A DNA stretch of 61,040 bases from NCBI RefSeq assembly GCF_001194135.2, contig NC_068983.1, positions 129,874,117-129,935,156 on the forward strand. The letters are read 5' to 3'. The notes under the pieces were generated by a model. It was given only the letters and a program-made list of their open reading frames with translations, did not search any database and had not been told where the DNA came from. Below, piece after piece: positions 34,800-48,986 of this stretch; position 1 is the stretch's first letter, and each line of letters begins with the position of its first letter. The translations under genes and the position numbers were made by a program. The stretch comes from Octopus bimaculoides (lineage: Eukaryota).

Positions 34800-36640
34800 A
34801 CATCTGGAGAGTATGTCTCCTGGGGCTAGGTGGTGATTGTCACACGTTGATGACGGGTTACTGCCCAGAATGCCACCACGCTCTCAGCAGGAATAGTATT
34901 ATAACTAACTGGTTGGGTTTGGCAGACACAAAATCGATTCACAAACGTAGAATCAACCAAATGCCAGAACTTGTCACCATTGTGAAGCAAAAACATGGAC
35001 ACAGTCGAAAAGCCACAGAGAAGATGGGTGTCCAGTAATGTGCTGAGCATTTGTTGATAAATAAAACTGTAATACTGATGTCTTGGAAGCCTTAGAAGAA
35101 GAAATGGTATCAATGTGGTGAGAGTACGAAAAAGCTTTTGCTTTCCCCAATTAATGGATGCTGTAACCTGAATTTCTAGAGAGCATATTCAAATCCATAA
35201 CTCACATAATTTCATCCTGAAGTTGACGACAAGGAGTGATTGTATTATTACAAATAATACTGTATTGCAGACGTACATGCTAAGGGAACAGCATCTTTGT
35301 CGTGTTGTTCACACACTCAATTTAACCTTTTCCCACTTATATTGAGAAAATGGAAAAGGTATCACACTGGCTGACAATAGAAATACCAAAATACATTGAT
35401 TCCTTATAGATAAATTGACATTGTATCCCAAATATATGCATGAAACGAAAAAGAACCTAAACCCGGTTACGTAATTCTCAAAGGATGCAGGTAAAGAATA
35501 TTGCTGTTTGTTTGTGAAAAGAGGAAACGTTGTAATCTACACTAATAGCATCTCCATCACTGATTTAAATGTTCCCCTTCTATCTGATGAGGAATGCTGA
35601 AGAATATAAGGATGGAAAACATCTAATGTCTTACGAAGTTACTTGTATTAAGGCGCGTGCCACGAAAGTATTTTTCAACCGGATAAGGAAAATATAGACC
35701 TTAGAACTTTGTGCATTCAATAAAACGGTGGCCCACAATGTGTTTGCCGTGTCAGTATTCATACCAAAATTTGATTTCACGCTTGATGAAATTCGAGCTA
35801 TTGATGTTTTCACATCAACGGTGATGTACACTGCTTCTGTTTATAAATAAACACAGAAGAAGAGGCTGAATACCGATACAAACTGTTTTTGAATGTTATA
35901 TCACTGCGGCAGGGTCTTTTAACCTCGAAGTGTCAAAATGAATCCCTTCATTAAGGATTCGTACATAAAGCAGATAACATCATGAAACTTGGAAAGCAGC
36001 ACCTCGACCAAAATTCCTTGTTTGATAACCTTGAATACATGTCCAAAACGTTGCACAACTCTACAGCAATGCATCAGCAGATGAAAGAAGGAGTGTATAT
36101 CAGCGGAAGACGTTACTTGCATATGTTATCAGAAAGCTCTGGGATTACAGAAACATTCATCAATAAAACAATCATGGAGAAACAAACGGATTACTCTCAC
36201 TTTGAAGTGCTCGCCTTGGCAATCCAGGGACAGTGAATAACAAAAAAGGATATGAAATATACAAAAACACCAAAGTGTGATAACCGATGCAGACATTGTC
36301 GAAATAACGACCAAGATCCGCCTTCACCACTACATAAGCGTTTTTCCAAAATTCTCAGCACTTCTTAACTTACAAAGGGGATATGATGTTGTAGCCAATA
36401 CAAGGTATAGTGTGATCCATGTGAAAAATAATCCTGAAGTCAAAGAGAAAAGAACCCACAATATGGTAAAGCGCCATTGAAACACATAATACGAAAGAGA
36501 ACTGGCGGAATGTCTCAGTGAAAACTTAATAACTGAGAAATTTACATCTACTCTTCCAGAATTAAACGTTCGAGTTTATACCTGTAAATATTGAGCTACA
36601 CGGATGTGTAACAAAGTAACTAAGCACCAATATTGTGGGA
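34800..36640 (+). mobile_element. R4/Dong-like retrotransposon fragment (RT to zinc finger), a distinct subfamily
   Basis: Translation gives EHLLINKTV; FSKDAG; ELCAFNKTVAHNVFAVSV...TLDEIRAIDV; SHFEVLALAIQGQ; DNRCRHC; GYDVVA. Frameshifted. Confidence 0.75.
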
Positions 36641-37824
36641 TTAAATTTCTCAAAAGAAGAAAGGACAAAGCTAATTAGAAGATTAAAAATTCAAACCATG
36701 AATGGAAATGTCAAAATTTGTAAAACTTCTCACAAATTTAGCATTTAAATATATATCTGCATGTCTAGACATGCAACTATATGCATGACAACCCTTACAT
36801 AAAACAAAACATACAAATCTGGGCATGCAATAACTCCAAATAATGCAAACATGCACACAAACATACACACAAACAAACACACTCTTAATGTTGCTGAGAT
36901 TCCTATGAAGAAGACATGGGTCTAAGTTAGAAACCGCCTTTTTGTCTATTGGCATAAACACTTTGAAGTAAAACTGAATAACAACATACACATACTTATA
37001 CACATAACACATGCACGGTATCTATCACTTTGCAATATTTGTTTTAAGAATTATTTGATAAAAATATACTAAGTCGTAAAATGTGAAATTAAAACGTTTA
37101 TTCATACGTAAAACTACTGAGTTTATAAATATGTAATGGTATGTATGTAGGAGTATGTGCGGTAAATGCGTTAATATTTACAACTGTGATAATATTACTC
37201 AGCAGATGTAGAATTATTTGAGTCTGACACTTAACTCCAACTATACTCTATTTCTCCACTTTTTGTGTCGCCCAGGAACTCGTATACAAACACGCACGCA
37301 CACGTAGTATAGGTTTGTAGCCCAGATACAACTCTATGTACTTCTAAATATAACAATATTTATATAGATACATGTATGATTATCCCCATGTATGATTCTG
37401 TGTGTTCTACTGGGCATCACTTTAATAGTTGTTTAGCAGTCATGGGTTCCTCCTTTTCATTGCATTGCTATGTAGCTAGGCATCGTTAAAAAAAGTAGTG
37501 ATTCAAAGAAGTCGGGCAAATCTTTTTTAACTCTACGATATATTGCGTGTTGAAACCATGCGGTTTTTGAAACAGAAAAATGAATTCGTTTTTTTGAATT
37601 AGTGGATAATGAATAGCTTGCTAGCTAGATACTATGGAACAGGTATTTTATCCGATAACAAACGTACATAGCAATGCCAATACAGAGACCGAAATCTATC
37701 GCAGTCCGTGTCTTCGTGACAGTTATATTTTGTAAATGTTACTTGTACAAGTAATTAAGTACATTTTTGCCACTAGAATTCGATATCTTATGGTGAAGTT
37801 ATTCTTTCGCTTCCCTCACTAAGA

Positions 37825-37825
<1 letters not shown>

Positions 37826-37910
<85 letters not shown>

Positions 37911-37955
37911 TAATAATGATAATAGCAACAACAACTGCAATAACAACAACAATAA
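37826..37955. repeat. (AAT)n-(AAC)n microsatellite
   Basis: Directly visible. Confidence 0.95.
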
Positions 37956-38905
37956 TGAACGTATGAATGAATGAAAAAGAAGAAACAAAATAACTCGAGA
38001 AACTTCATCAAAGTGATTTCTAATTTTAAAAAGAAATTCTAAATCTAGTGAAAAGACGAATATATTCAGGTATTTTATGAGGGATAAACACGGAAGGTAC
38101 GAGCAGATTCAAGGGAAAATAATACTTCAGCACGGATAGATTTCCTTTTGAGATACAGCGTTCTTGATACTGTAAGTGTATACGTTACACAACAGTAATG
38201 AGAAAAAGTAAGAGATACAAATAAAATTAGAATCAAAAATATTTATGGAAATATATCAGAACATGATCAAAGAACAAATGTATTCTAACAACTCACCCTT
38301 TTTTATGAAAATATCAGCATTAATTCAACGAATGTATTCTATTATAATACTTTATGCAAAGAGAAAACTGATGCATTATTCAATTTGGATGCATTTTATG
38401 CATCACACTTTGTCATGAGTTATTTCAAAGAAAATAATATTACTGTGTTCTAGAGTTATTTAAATTTCAAAATATTATTGGTTTGTAGTAACGGGAGGCG
38501 ATGTATGGCGATGTATTCAGACTGTGAAAGCGAAATGCGACCTGGTTCATATGTTTCTAATTGCTAGCAGGCCAAGTGAATATTGGTTCCACCAAATGTT
38601 GCTGAAATTCTGATAGACACGAAAGAAAGGATATATGTTTTATTATATCGAAATTGTGTTTACTCAATGCAACTTTAATTAGATTAATAGATTAATAGAA
38701 TTGCGCCCAAGTAGGATCAGAATATTGTTAGCTAGAAAATATCTCCTCCTTAATATACTACTTAATAGTAGTTTTTATGCGTTTTCTCTCAACAAATGAA
38801 ATTAGTGAGTAACAATAGCTGTATAGTTGAATTGCCCAAATTTTCTAAAATGTTTAATAATTTAAATCTTAGTGTGAATCACTTGGTAATATTTATAGTT
38901 AAAAT

Positions 38906-39065
38906 AAGGCGGCGACCTTGCACGCGAACGAAATGCTCACCAGCATTTATCTGAGTTAAAATTTTGCCAAGGTCGACTGTACATTACATCGTTTCGGGAG
39001 TCCAGAAAATGAAAACCAATTGAGCAATGGGGTTCGTGTAATCGACTTTCCCATCCACTGGATTT
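38906..39065 (+). mobile_element. Degenerate tRNA-derived SINE (family shared with the 39122, 43195 and 53037 copies)
   Basis: aaggcggcgacc...gaaatgctc...ctgagttaaaattttgccaaggtcgact...tttcgggagtc aligns with the adjacent copy. Confidence 0.55.
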
Positions 39066-39121
39066 GCTTTTGCAATCAATATTATCGGTTGACATTTCGT
39101 TCCGATATTCCATATGTATTA

Positions 39122-39335
39122 AGGCAGTGAGCTGGAACAATCGTTAGAACGCCGAACAAAATGCTTAGTGATACCTTACCCGTCTTCAGGTTCTAAGTTC
39201 AAACGCCGCCGAGATCGACTTCACCTTTTAACTTTTCGGGATCGATGAAATATGTAACAGTTGAGTACTAGGCCCGATATAAGTGACTTCATCCCTACCT
39301 TCAAATTGCCGGCCTTTTGCCAAATTTCGAAACTG
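39122..39335 (+). mobile_element. tRNA-derived SINE with a Meta/MESC-like central domain
   Basis: aggcagtgagctgg...aatcgttag...gttctaagttcaaacgccgccgagatcgacttcacctttaactttcgggatcgatgaaat. The B-box-like GTTCAAA is followed by a ccttt..ctttcggg.tcgat block resembling the Meta domain (from recall). Confidence 0.65.
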
Positions 39336-40567
39336 CTATTCTATACCTATTGATACAATTGTTTGTATGCAAGTAGTTTTACTTGTGATCAACTAGTCAG
39401 CAGCAATCTGTTGTGAAAAATGCAATTTTGGCCAATTGCCTCAAGAATGCACTGGAAAGTGTACGAAAATGAAAGCAGCCGATACTTAAAAGTTATTTAG
39501 GATGATCTCACTTAGGTTATCACTTATTTTCATCAGAAGGATTCGCTCGATCCTCGCTCAACTCCTCTACATTTTCAACAAAATAAGTTATCAATGATAC
39601 TTCGTAACACTTAACAAAGTGATGCTGCTAAAGGAGAAGGAATCGTTCCCTATTAATGATATTTATTTCTTAACGCGGGGAGAGAGAAAAACCAGAGTCG
39701 GACTTAATGGGATTGTGCCCAGAAGGAACAGAGCTGGACAAATATCAGAACTCATTGTTAACAATATTCTAAAGAAGCTCGTAAAGGATTGCATTTTATA
39801 AAGTACACCACTGTCACAAGAAACAAACTTATTTTAGTTCACCTTACATCAACACACACTACAGCGATTCCTAAAAATATACTCAACCATATATACTTCT
39901 TTTTCAAGGCGTATGCGTGCATATGCTTACATATCTCTTATTTTTAGTGGATAAAAAATATATAAACTTGATACGTCGACAGCTACTTGCACAGCAATTC
40001 GCATACTAACTTTAAACTGGATAAACGTCTATTATACAGAGTGAGTTACAATTGTCTCGGGAATATTTTATGTACATGAATCGGATATTCAAGTAAAACT
40101 TCTTTATAATTTCAGGTGCCCTACAAAAGAAAATTTATTTGTCTCTGGATAGGAAATACAAGAATTTAGCTGGCTATATGTATTAGGTTTGACATAAATT
40201 AATGTGGTTGTTTGCTTGCTCAAAGCAAGACCTAGTTCTGTTGTGTATGTTGGCTTGTTTGTAGAGTTGTGTTAGACCCAATGCCGTAGAGATGTTGGGC
40301 AACGGTAATTGTGCCCTGTCCAAGAATAATATATCCACTCTAAATGATATTAATCCTAAGTAATTTCTTTATCATCAAGTGTTTTTTTTGCTTCAGATAG
40401 GTGAAAGTTTGCTTCTCTGAAAATCCAATAATTATTAATAGTTTAACGTAGATAATATTCACCTTGTCAATAAGAAATGACAGTTTAGTATAAACTGATG
40501 TTCGTGAAATATAATCAGTAATATCTTAGGTCATTAATATTATGATAAATGACGTATCTTAGCATGG

Positions 40568-40632
<65 letters not shown>

Positions 40633-43194
40633 CANNNNNNNNNNATACACACACATACACTCACAATCACATACATACACTCACAATCACACACAGTCAT
40701 ATATATGCTTTATTACATGCAGTACTATATGTTTATATACCTGATATGAAAACTAAAGTTCTAAATGAAACCACATCATCCTATGTAATAGCTAATGAAT
40801 TTAGATAGCATAGTCGTCAATGAAAACCTGATATCTATTTCTGACTACGACAAAGAAAAGTATATTAACCAGCGATATAAATGGATAGATAAGTTACTTA
40901 ATAACAAATCCTCTTGTTGCACTATTAACGGTGACCCAAATACGGTTCTTCCACACGGATGTCTTTGTTCACCGAACAAGTAGCTTATATTCCATCGAAA
41001 TCAGGAATCAAAGTAAAAGTTAAGTGTGTCGTGATTATATATATATATATATATATTCATAGATGATAGGTACGTTGATGGAAAGTTTTTCACATTATCT
41101 ACAACATAAGCGATGACATGAAACTACTAAAATATCACAACTAATATGACAAAATATATTCGCACCATATGCTACAAAAGCTGCAAAAAGAAGAGCATAT
41201 TTAAACGATATTTTTTCAGATTAAATGATTTTTGAATAAAATATATGGTGGTAACAGCTGAAACAAATATGAGAATGTGTCTGCTCGCTCAAGACTGAAG
41301 TGTGGTCGAATGAAACAACAATAGTTAATCATAATATGGAAGTGTGTATTAAACTCAAATACAAATATAAAGTTAACTCTTTCTGCTGCAGTATAGCTTG
41401 GTTTCCAATGAAACTATGCATGAAAGAAATCTTCGTTTATCCATATGGAAGCAATCATTTCATTTTAGTGAATTCTTGGCTCGATATTTAAAAGAAACAA
41501 ATAAATCATATCATAATTCTCGTTATAGTTTATAAAAGAGTTGGTTGCAAAATTGTTTCAGTTGATTCCATCTGGTTGCACCAAAATTATTTCTGTGAAC
41601 ATAACGAGAAAATATTAGATAATGGCATATTAATGTTCCTTCATACGCCTTCTTAAAATCATAAGCATGTCTTATCCGTATTTGTTTTCGTTTGGAATGA
41701 GGCTTCTAAAGCATTAATTACATAAATCCCACATGTTATTCTATTGTTACCAAACGCATTGGTGATAAATACAAACATTAACCAACTTCCATCAACAATA
41801 TGTCCATTTCTGCTTCATGTAATGATTGCTAGCTTTCAATAACTTATAAAAATGGTGCTTTTTTTATCAAACGATAGCCATTAAGGGAGATCATGAAAGA
41901 ATGCATTTAGGTGTGTTGTGTGATAGTATAATTACACAACGTTTTAATGAATACACTGGAATAGTTGCTGTAATATAGTCTTACAGATATCAGCCAAAGT
42001 TGATCGATAAGGCTTCAAAGCACTGATATTTGGCTCAATGTTGCTCTGAAGGAGATGAAATAAATTAAACCACTCTACCATATTGATAGAGAAGTTGATC
42101 TTCAGTTCGTTGTTATTGACGCTGTTTTAATCATTAGGATACTGCCACTGCATATCATTGGCACATATTTTTATAAATAGTGATACAGATACAACTTGTA
42201 TTGTTGTTCATGTAGTTGTCATTATTAATATTCGTCTCTTAGCTTTTGTAACATCGCATTATTTATTTTCTGTTGATTTTTTAAATCAATATTTTCTAGT
42301 TGCTTCAATTTATATTTTCTAAAATGTCTTATTAAAGTTCTATTATATATGCACACGAAGATAATGTTGAAGGTGTTTCACTCATACTTTAAAATTATAA
42401 CCATTCTGTCTTTTGTTATACGTCAGTTTATAGTTTGGAAATGAGATATGAATATTTTAAAATCTGTTATAGAATGGTGCACTAGCTTATTGCGTTTTAA
42501 TTTTCGTTAAACACAGTGGGTCCTACATACATGTGTGCTACGCTGTGATAATTTTAAAATATTGCTCGTCTTAAAATCCAAGTGACAAATATTCGCAAGT
42601 ATCAGAACCAACTACTAATATCTGGAATGGTTTCCCTCAGTGTAGTGCTGCCAGATTTCTTCATCCTGTAACATATATCAAAGAAAATCAATGAAAATAA
42701 CCAGAATTACAAACTAAAAGATCTCTAAGGAGATTATTTGCACGGCTTCATACTCAAAACACTAATAATAACTTGATTCAAATATTAAAATGCTTTAATA
42801 ATTTGTCTTTTTAAGGGGGAATACAAGCTTGTCTTAGGATTTCACAAATTTAGCGTATTTAAATTTTCAATTAGAATTATCAGTGTTTGAGGCCTTAAGT
42901 AAATCATTATTTTATTAGTTTATATTTCATCTCTTAAGAACTTAGATTTACAACACTGATCGAAATAGCATACGCACGAATACTCGTCTTGTTAAAAATG
43001 TAAGTCAAATATTACTTAAATAGCAGCATTCAAATGAATAATAGTAATTGAGTGTATAGAATGGAATATAAATCGGCCACGACAGTTTATATGATATATC
43101 ATGGTGACATACTTGAAGAAAAGTATTTATTAAAAAATGGGGGATGGGGGAAAGATTTGCTTTGTGATATAGGTTCACTGTCTTGTTAAAATTT

Positions 43195-43380
43195 CTGAGG
43201 GAAAACCATTAGCACACCCAGAAAAATGATTGGCGGTATCTTTACTTATGAGTTGAAGTTCCGATGTGGTCGATTTACCCTGTCAGTCTCTCGGAGTCGA
43301 TAATGTAAGTTCGAGTCAAAGAGTCATCAATAAATTCGTATCATCATCACCTCGAAATCTGCTGGCCTTGTACCAAACTC
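43195..43380 (+). mobile_element. Degenerate SINE, same family as the 39122 copy
   Basis: ...attagcac...aaatgattggcggtat...gagttgaagttccgatgtggtcgattt...ctcggagtcgataa...ctgctggccttgtaccaaac. Confidence 0.5.
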
Positions 43381-44203
43381 TTGCCTTTCTTGCCTCTCTT
43401 CCCTCCCCTCCTCCTCCTGACCGTCATCATCATCATCATCATCATCTGCAGCAGCAGCACCGGCAGTAGTAGCAGCTTTAATATTCACGATTTGAAACAA
43501 GTGTTTTTTGTTTTTTGGTTTCGGTTTTGTTTGTATGTTTTTTTGCTTTGAAGTAATATCAAGATACTGGAATACATATAGAGAAATGTTTCAGCTGTAC
43601 ATTCATAACATAGTTTGCGAAATACACCGAGGCGATAACGTACAAATTTTACATATCCTAGTATTCGTATGGTGAAGAATATACCAATCAGATTCTTATT
43701 GTGGGAAATATACCAATCGGTTGCCATGCACATTCCTTAAATAGCATAACACTTTTACTTCCGGAGCTGTGTCTGGTACTTTTAACCAATGGGATGTGGT
43801 GATGCTTGGGCACCAGCCTGAAGGGTTGTTTGTACAACGAGTCGGTCCCAGTACATATTTGTCTAAGCCTGATACTTATTTTATCCGTAGGTTATGGCTA
43901 TTTTCTCCAAGCACGTTTAGGGCATAGTTACAGAACGATCCATACTCTCTATGACACTTATGCAGAAATTGTCATCAATATTGTGGCACTTGGGAAGAAA
44001 ATGTGATACATCGTATTGTAAGGGTTAGCTACTGTAACACGAATATTTCTGATGATATTGCCACATTCATACCTGTTCCTTCAAGCTTTAATTAAATACT
44101 ATTCCTATATAAAAAAAAACACGTCTGTCAAAGGTTGGGCCATGGAAATCAACATATTTCTATGATTATTCCCTGCATTTGACACTCTTGTTGTAATTTT
44201 TGT

Positions 44204-44241
<38 letters not shown>

Positions 44242-44289
44242 CTGCTGCTTTTGTTGTTGCTGTAACTAATTTCCTATATAGTCAACTGT

Positions 44290-44480
44290 TGGAAAAGAAA
44301 TAGTAAGTCGGAAGCCACCAGATCTAAGATTAACTAGTGCGTTAATGCGTAAAGTGTTTGAGAAAAAGCCGAGTTGGAAAGGCCGAGGACCAGATTTATT
44401 TGCAAGCTACTAGTTAAAGAAATTCAGTAGTTTACATGTGAGGCTGGTGGAACGACTTCAGGCTTGCCTTAGTGTGGGAA
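44290..44480 (+). mobile_element. Short R4/Dong-like RT N-terminal fragment
   Basis: Translation gives KITSALMRKVFEKKPSWKGRGPDL...LKKFSSLHVRLVERLQACL; homologous to revcomp 46520-46680 and to about 14180-14290. Confidence 0.75.
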
Positions 44481-44499
44481 TTGTCATCTAAGTAGCCTT

Positions 44500-46790
44500 A
44501 GATGACAAGAAATCTCCTATTGAGTTGCTGTAAGTAATCTTAGATGTCAAGAATCCTCCTTAGTATCCTAGCTGTCTCTAATAAAAGTACTCTTGAGCTG
44601 CACTAAACTAGGTTTTATGCCTATTCCTTCTATCCATCTTTCAGATCTTTAGGGATAGATCCCAATACATTTTATCCTCAATGTTCATAGTCTATTGAAT
44701 TCAATAGCTAGGTCTACGTTAGTTGCTAGTTTTTATACCCCTCATATTCATTTTACCATTTGGCATTTCAGAGTCAATTATCTGACACATTCTATTCTTG
44801 TTATCTACTTTCAAATCAGGCATTCTAGCTTCTATTACTCTGGCAGTCTTAAAGCTAAATTCCCACAACATCTTGTATTTCGTACTTTCTAGTATTTAAA
44901 TAAGTTCATGTTCATACAATTTATAAGTAGCTTAAATCCTAGCTTTTTACAAAGCTCCCAATGGATTGCTCTCCCTAGATTGTCGTGAATATTCTTGTAT
45001 TCTTTATGTACCAGCATGTTACATTCACTTACTATATGCGTAACACTTTCATCGTTTGGTTTGCATTATCTACATCGGGAATCTACTTGGTTTTCGTTTA
45101 TCTTGGCTTTTATCCAATTACACCTTAATACGGGAACTTGTACACCTACTAACAAATACACTGTCTCTATTTTTACCTTTCCTCTCTGAAAACATAACCA
45201 TGTCTCACTACTACTATTTGCTGCAACTATCTTTACGAATCTACCATGAAAAGCCTTCTCCTAACAGTTGGATAATTTCTTTTCATTTTCCTGGTGTTTA
45301 CCTTCGTTTGGAGTTTTGGTTTCCCTATGTTTTCCTGTGACCCTAGCAGCTTTTAATAACATTTCTTCACTATTACCTACATAGGAGTCTGTATCTAGTT
45401 TAGTAAACTCCACTCAGTCTTCTACTGATATTAACTCTTTTCTGCCTAGTTTTCTAAGTAGGTGTAATCTTGCTACCCCTGCCTTTGTAATGACTTCTCC
45501 ATTCAAATTCAATTCCTTCCAAGTTCTTTTATATAGCTTTGATAATTTAGATTTGTCGAACCTACAAAAGCTGTTGAGCATATCAGTAATGATACTACAC
45601 ACGCATTTACATCATTCACTAGATTCGGACCATTTAGTTTTGACTTCAGTAGCCCCTCATCCCTCTGATGTACTCCTTAATTTTCGTTTTCATTTCTGTA
45701 TTTCGCACTGTTTCATATTCTAATACGTATAGCTAGTTGAAATTCTCTCCTCCTCTCAAATATTTTAATGCCTGGCAATCTGGCAATTAGATGCCTTCTC
45801 TATTGACTACCTATTCCGTTCTCATCACTAATATTGTATACTTATCTATGCCACATCCCATGCCTATAACTTTGCTGAAGTGCCTTACAGTCTGTTTTAA
45901 GGAATCTCTCTCTTCATTCTTACGAAAAAGCTTCAGATCATCCATGTGGAACAAATAGTTATTTTTTTCGTTTTCTATTTCTGAACTGATACCATGCTAT
46001 TACTTTCCTAAATACTAAACTGAAGACGACGAAACATAAGACATTTATTAAAGAGTCTCCCAGGAAAATTCCTCTTTTGATATTAACTTTCCCTAATAGT
46101 GTGTCACATGAATAGAGATCTAGTTTCCATTTATTCATGCAACAGATAATTAATTCTCTTATGTTGTCTACTACACTAAATGTTCTCAAACATTCACTTA
46201 TCCATGAGTGTAGGATCACGCTATAGACTTTCTTATAATCTATCCATGCTATTGTTATATTTTTTTCTTTCTAGTTTTATAAAATTTCATTTACAAATGC
46301 TTTGTCTATATATAATAAATCATGCGTTCCTATCGCCTTCTTTCAGCAAACTTTCTGTTCTTGTGTTAGTAAGTTCTGTTTTCAAGGTGCTCATAAAGAC
46401 TTACTGAAAGCATCCCTCTGAACGGCTTTTACACTAATGGTAAGCAAGTGATTGGTCTATAGTTGCTAAATGTTTTACGTTTGCTTTTATCTTTCATAAT
46501 CAGTTCTTTCCTCCCGCTAGTCGTCCAACCTAGTATTATTCCTCCATTAAGGAAATACTGAAGTTGTTCCCTCAGCCACACATGTAGACCACAAGATTAC
46601 ATTCCCCACTACCCTTTAACTAAATCTGGTCCTGGAACCTTCCCATTCAGCATTTCTCCTAACACTTTGCTCATTAATGCACTAGTTAGTCGTAAATCTA
46701 GTGGCATCTTCTTCACAAATTCTTCCTTCGCTTCCTTTAACCATACTGCATCTCCATTATGATTGACTGACTTATCCCAAATATTATTCC
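44500..46790 (-). mobile_element. R4/Dong-like retrotransposon (RT through RLE C-terminus), degenerate
   Basis: Translation gives KVPGPDL; SNYRPITCLPL; MILHSWISECL; KRGIFLGDSL; NYLFHMDDLKLF; ARLHLLRKLGRKELISVED; ETARILRRILDI*. Confidence 0.92.
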
Positions 46791-47337
46791 AAACATTTTA
46801 AAACTCCATTCGTTATAAAGTTAAGCTGTAAAATCAGGCATAGAGGCATCGAAAACAGCATGAATTTATATATAACTGTTCTCAAAATATCCTTCTGAAA
46901 ACAAAAGAAAAATGCTGACACATTTTGTTTTATAGTATAATAATTTCGAATTTTAGACATCCAAGATATTTATCTTGGATGTCTAAATTTCTATAAAATG
47001 CGAAATCTTGGTTTAGACAGTTTTGTGTTTACATTGTAGGGTTGTAATGTTCCAACTCAATGTTGTAGTGCAACTACACACAGCTTTAGCAAAACCAAAT
47101 GGCATTTCCTTTAGCTATGGTGAAGGTTGTATAGAAAATAGTATTTCTCAAATACATAAACATTATCTAGCTAAAGAAATCGTGTTCGATCACACTGACC
47201 GAAATATTGTTGTATTGCTGTTTCCCATTTAGGGGAAGACTACGACATGGAAGTAACTATAACGGATTACTATATTAACTACAAATCAATAAGTCAAGTA
47301 AGGAGTAAGAAGAAGTTATTTTGAAAGATGTTCGTTC

Positions 47338-47456
47338 GTTCTTCTTCTTCTTCTTTTTCTTCTTCTTCTTCTTCTTCTTCTTCTTCTTCTTCTTCTTCTT
47401 CTTCTTCTTCTTCTTCTTCTTCTTCTTCTTCTTCTTCTTCTTCTTCTTCTTCTTCT
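47338..47456. repeat. (CTT)n microsatellite
   Basis: Directly visible. Confidence 0.97.
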
Positions 47457-47457
47457 T

Positions 47458-47706
47458 GGCCTAGTGGTTAGGGTTTTGCAGTCGTTAATTCATGATCGCC
47501 ATTCCTAGTCCGCGTGCTGTGGTGTGTTCTCGAGCAAACCACTTCACCTCCCGTCGCTCTGTGATCACTTTGAAACTTCACGCGTGCTTACACTGTGAAC
47601 CTGTTAAGGCATCACGAATTTGATGGAGGGAGTGAGCTAAGGTTCAGCACGAATATTTGATCACTATAAACAAATCATTTTTGCAGGCCGTTTGGCAAAA
47701 GCTGAA
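47458..47706 (+). mobile_element. tRNA-derived SINE (CORE-like), degenerate
   Basis: A-box-like ggcctagtggttagg, then gtgttctcgagcaaaccacttcacct (CORE-like) and a tail ending ...ttggcaaaagctgaa. Confidence 0.6.
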
Positions 47707-47720
47707 TATTGGATTGTGTA

Positions 47721-47774
<54 letters not shown>

Positions 47775-47889
47775 GTTGTTGTTGTTTTTTTCTTCTTTCT
47801 TAAAATTTTCTTCCGTTTCTCGACGAGTGTTTTCCGTACACCTAAGGCAGAGAAACTCGTTGTTTGCATTCCCAGTTTACACACGCAAA

Positions 47890-47930
<41 letters not shown>

Positions 47931-47957
47931 TATTATCATTATTATCATCATCATCAA

Positions 47958-47990
<33 letters not shown>

Positions 47991-47995
47991 TATTA
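47721..47995. repeat. (ATT)n/(CAT)n microsatellites with a short intervening unique block
   Basis: Directly visible. Confidence 0.9.
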
Positions 47996-48059
47996 TTTAT
48001 GGTTTCTTTTCATTATAACTTAATTTCAGCTACATTTGTACCGGGCATACTGCGGAGAC

Positions 48060-48820
48060 TTAGAGTAGCAGGAGCACTTTTGTTTTACTATGCATGATTA
48101 AATTATCACTACAGAATCGTGCCTGTACCACTTACCAAGGGATTTAATTTTGTAGTATTTACAAGCATCCCCTTGGATATACTGCCCTAGTCTGTCATGT
48201 CTCATGAGGTACTCCTTTTCAGCGTGGAAAGGGTAGCCAGAAACAACATGATGAAAATGCTGTGAATTTTCCGCAAATTCTGCACGAGGGATGTGATCCG
48301 TCTTTAAGGACGTTTGCATGGTAGGTAAACTCTTATCTTGCGCTGTAATAACAAAATCTTCTGTTTCCCTTTTCAGACATGTCCCTTGTAGCCATTGGTC
48401 TGATAGACCTTGATCAATAACCGGCTTGGAAGGCGGTTTGTGTAGTTTCCATGCAGGAGTTTGGCTTTCCAGTTGTTTTCAATATTAGTCATGCAAGACC
48501 TCTTTGCTTCTTTGATGGTTTTATCATCAGGGATAGGTCTGTCATTGGTTTTTATCTCGTTGGTCGTTCTGATTGTTTATTTCTACATCAGGAGATTCAA
48601 TTTCATATTTTAAGAGATTATATTTATTTTGTTTTACATCTTTCTTTACAAATCTAGAATCAAAGGGGCAGGATTCAACAATGGTAAGGGAAATGCCATA
48701 AGATCTTGCATTTCGCCGAGTAAAAGTGAGTCCCAACACCATGATTACACCAAGCAGCAGAATCTTCAGTTCTTCATTTCTAACAGCTATTCCAGTGTAA
48801 AAATATCGCAACTTGGTCAT
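48060..48820 (-). mobile_element. R4/Dong-like fragment (thumb and zinc-finger region)
   Basis: Translation gives QWLQGTCLKRETEDFVITAQDKSLPT (frameshifted); CRICGK; HVVSGYPFHAEKEYLMRHDRLGQYI...KWYRH. Confidence 0.85.
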
Positions 48821-48954
48821 GTATATATANNNNNNNNNNNNNNNNNNNNNNNNNNNNNNNNNNNNNNNNNNNNNNNNNNNNNNNNNNNNNNNNNNNNNNN
48901 NNNNNNNNNNNNNNNNNNNNNNNNNNNNNNNNNNNNNNNNNNNNNNNNNNNNNN

Positions 48955-48986
<32 letters not shown>

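Noticed and set aside
35982-36480. Two ORFs as a host gene or DNA-transposon protein
   Set aside because: Across frameshifts they read as R4/Dong thumb and zinc-finger sequence continuous with RT motifs upstream.
40795-40983. ORF with VNEN...ISDYD, faintly cadherin-like (similar faint hits at about 2180-2240 and 33480)
   Set aside because: The motifs are too short and mis-spaced, the risk of confirmation bias is high, and there is no consistent exon chain.
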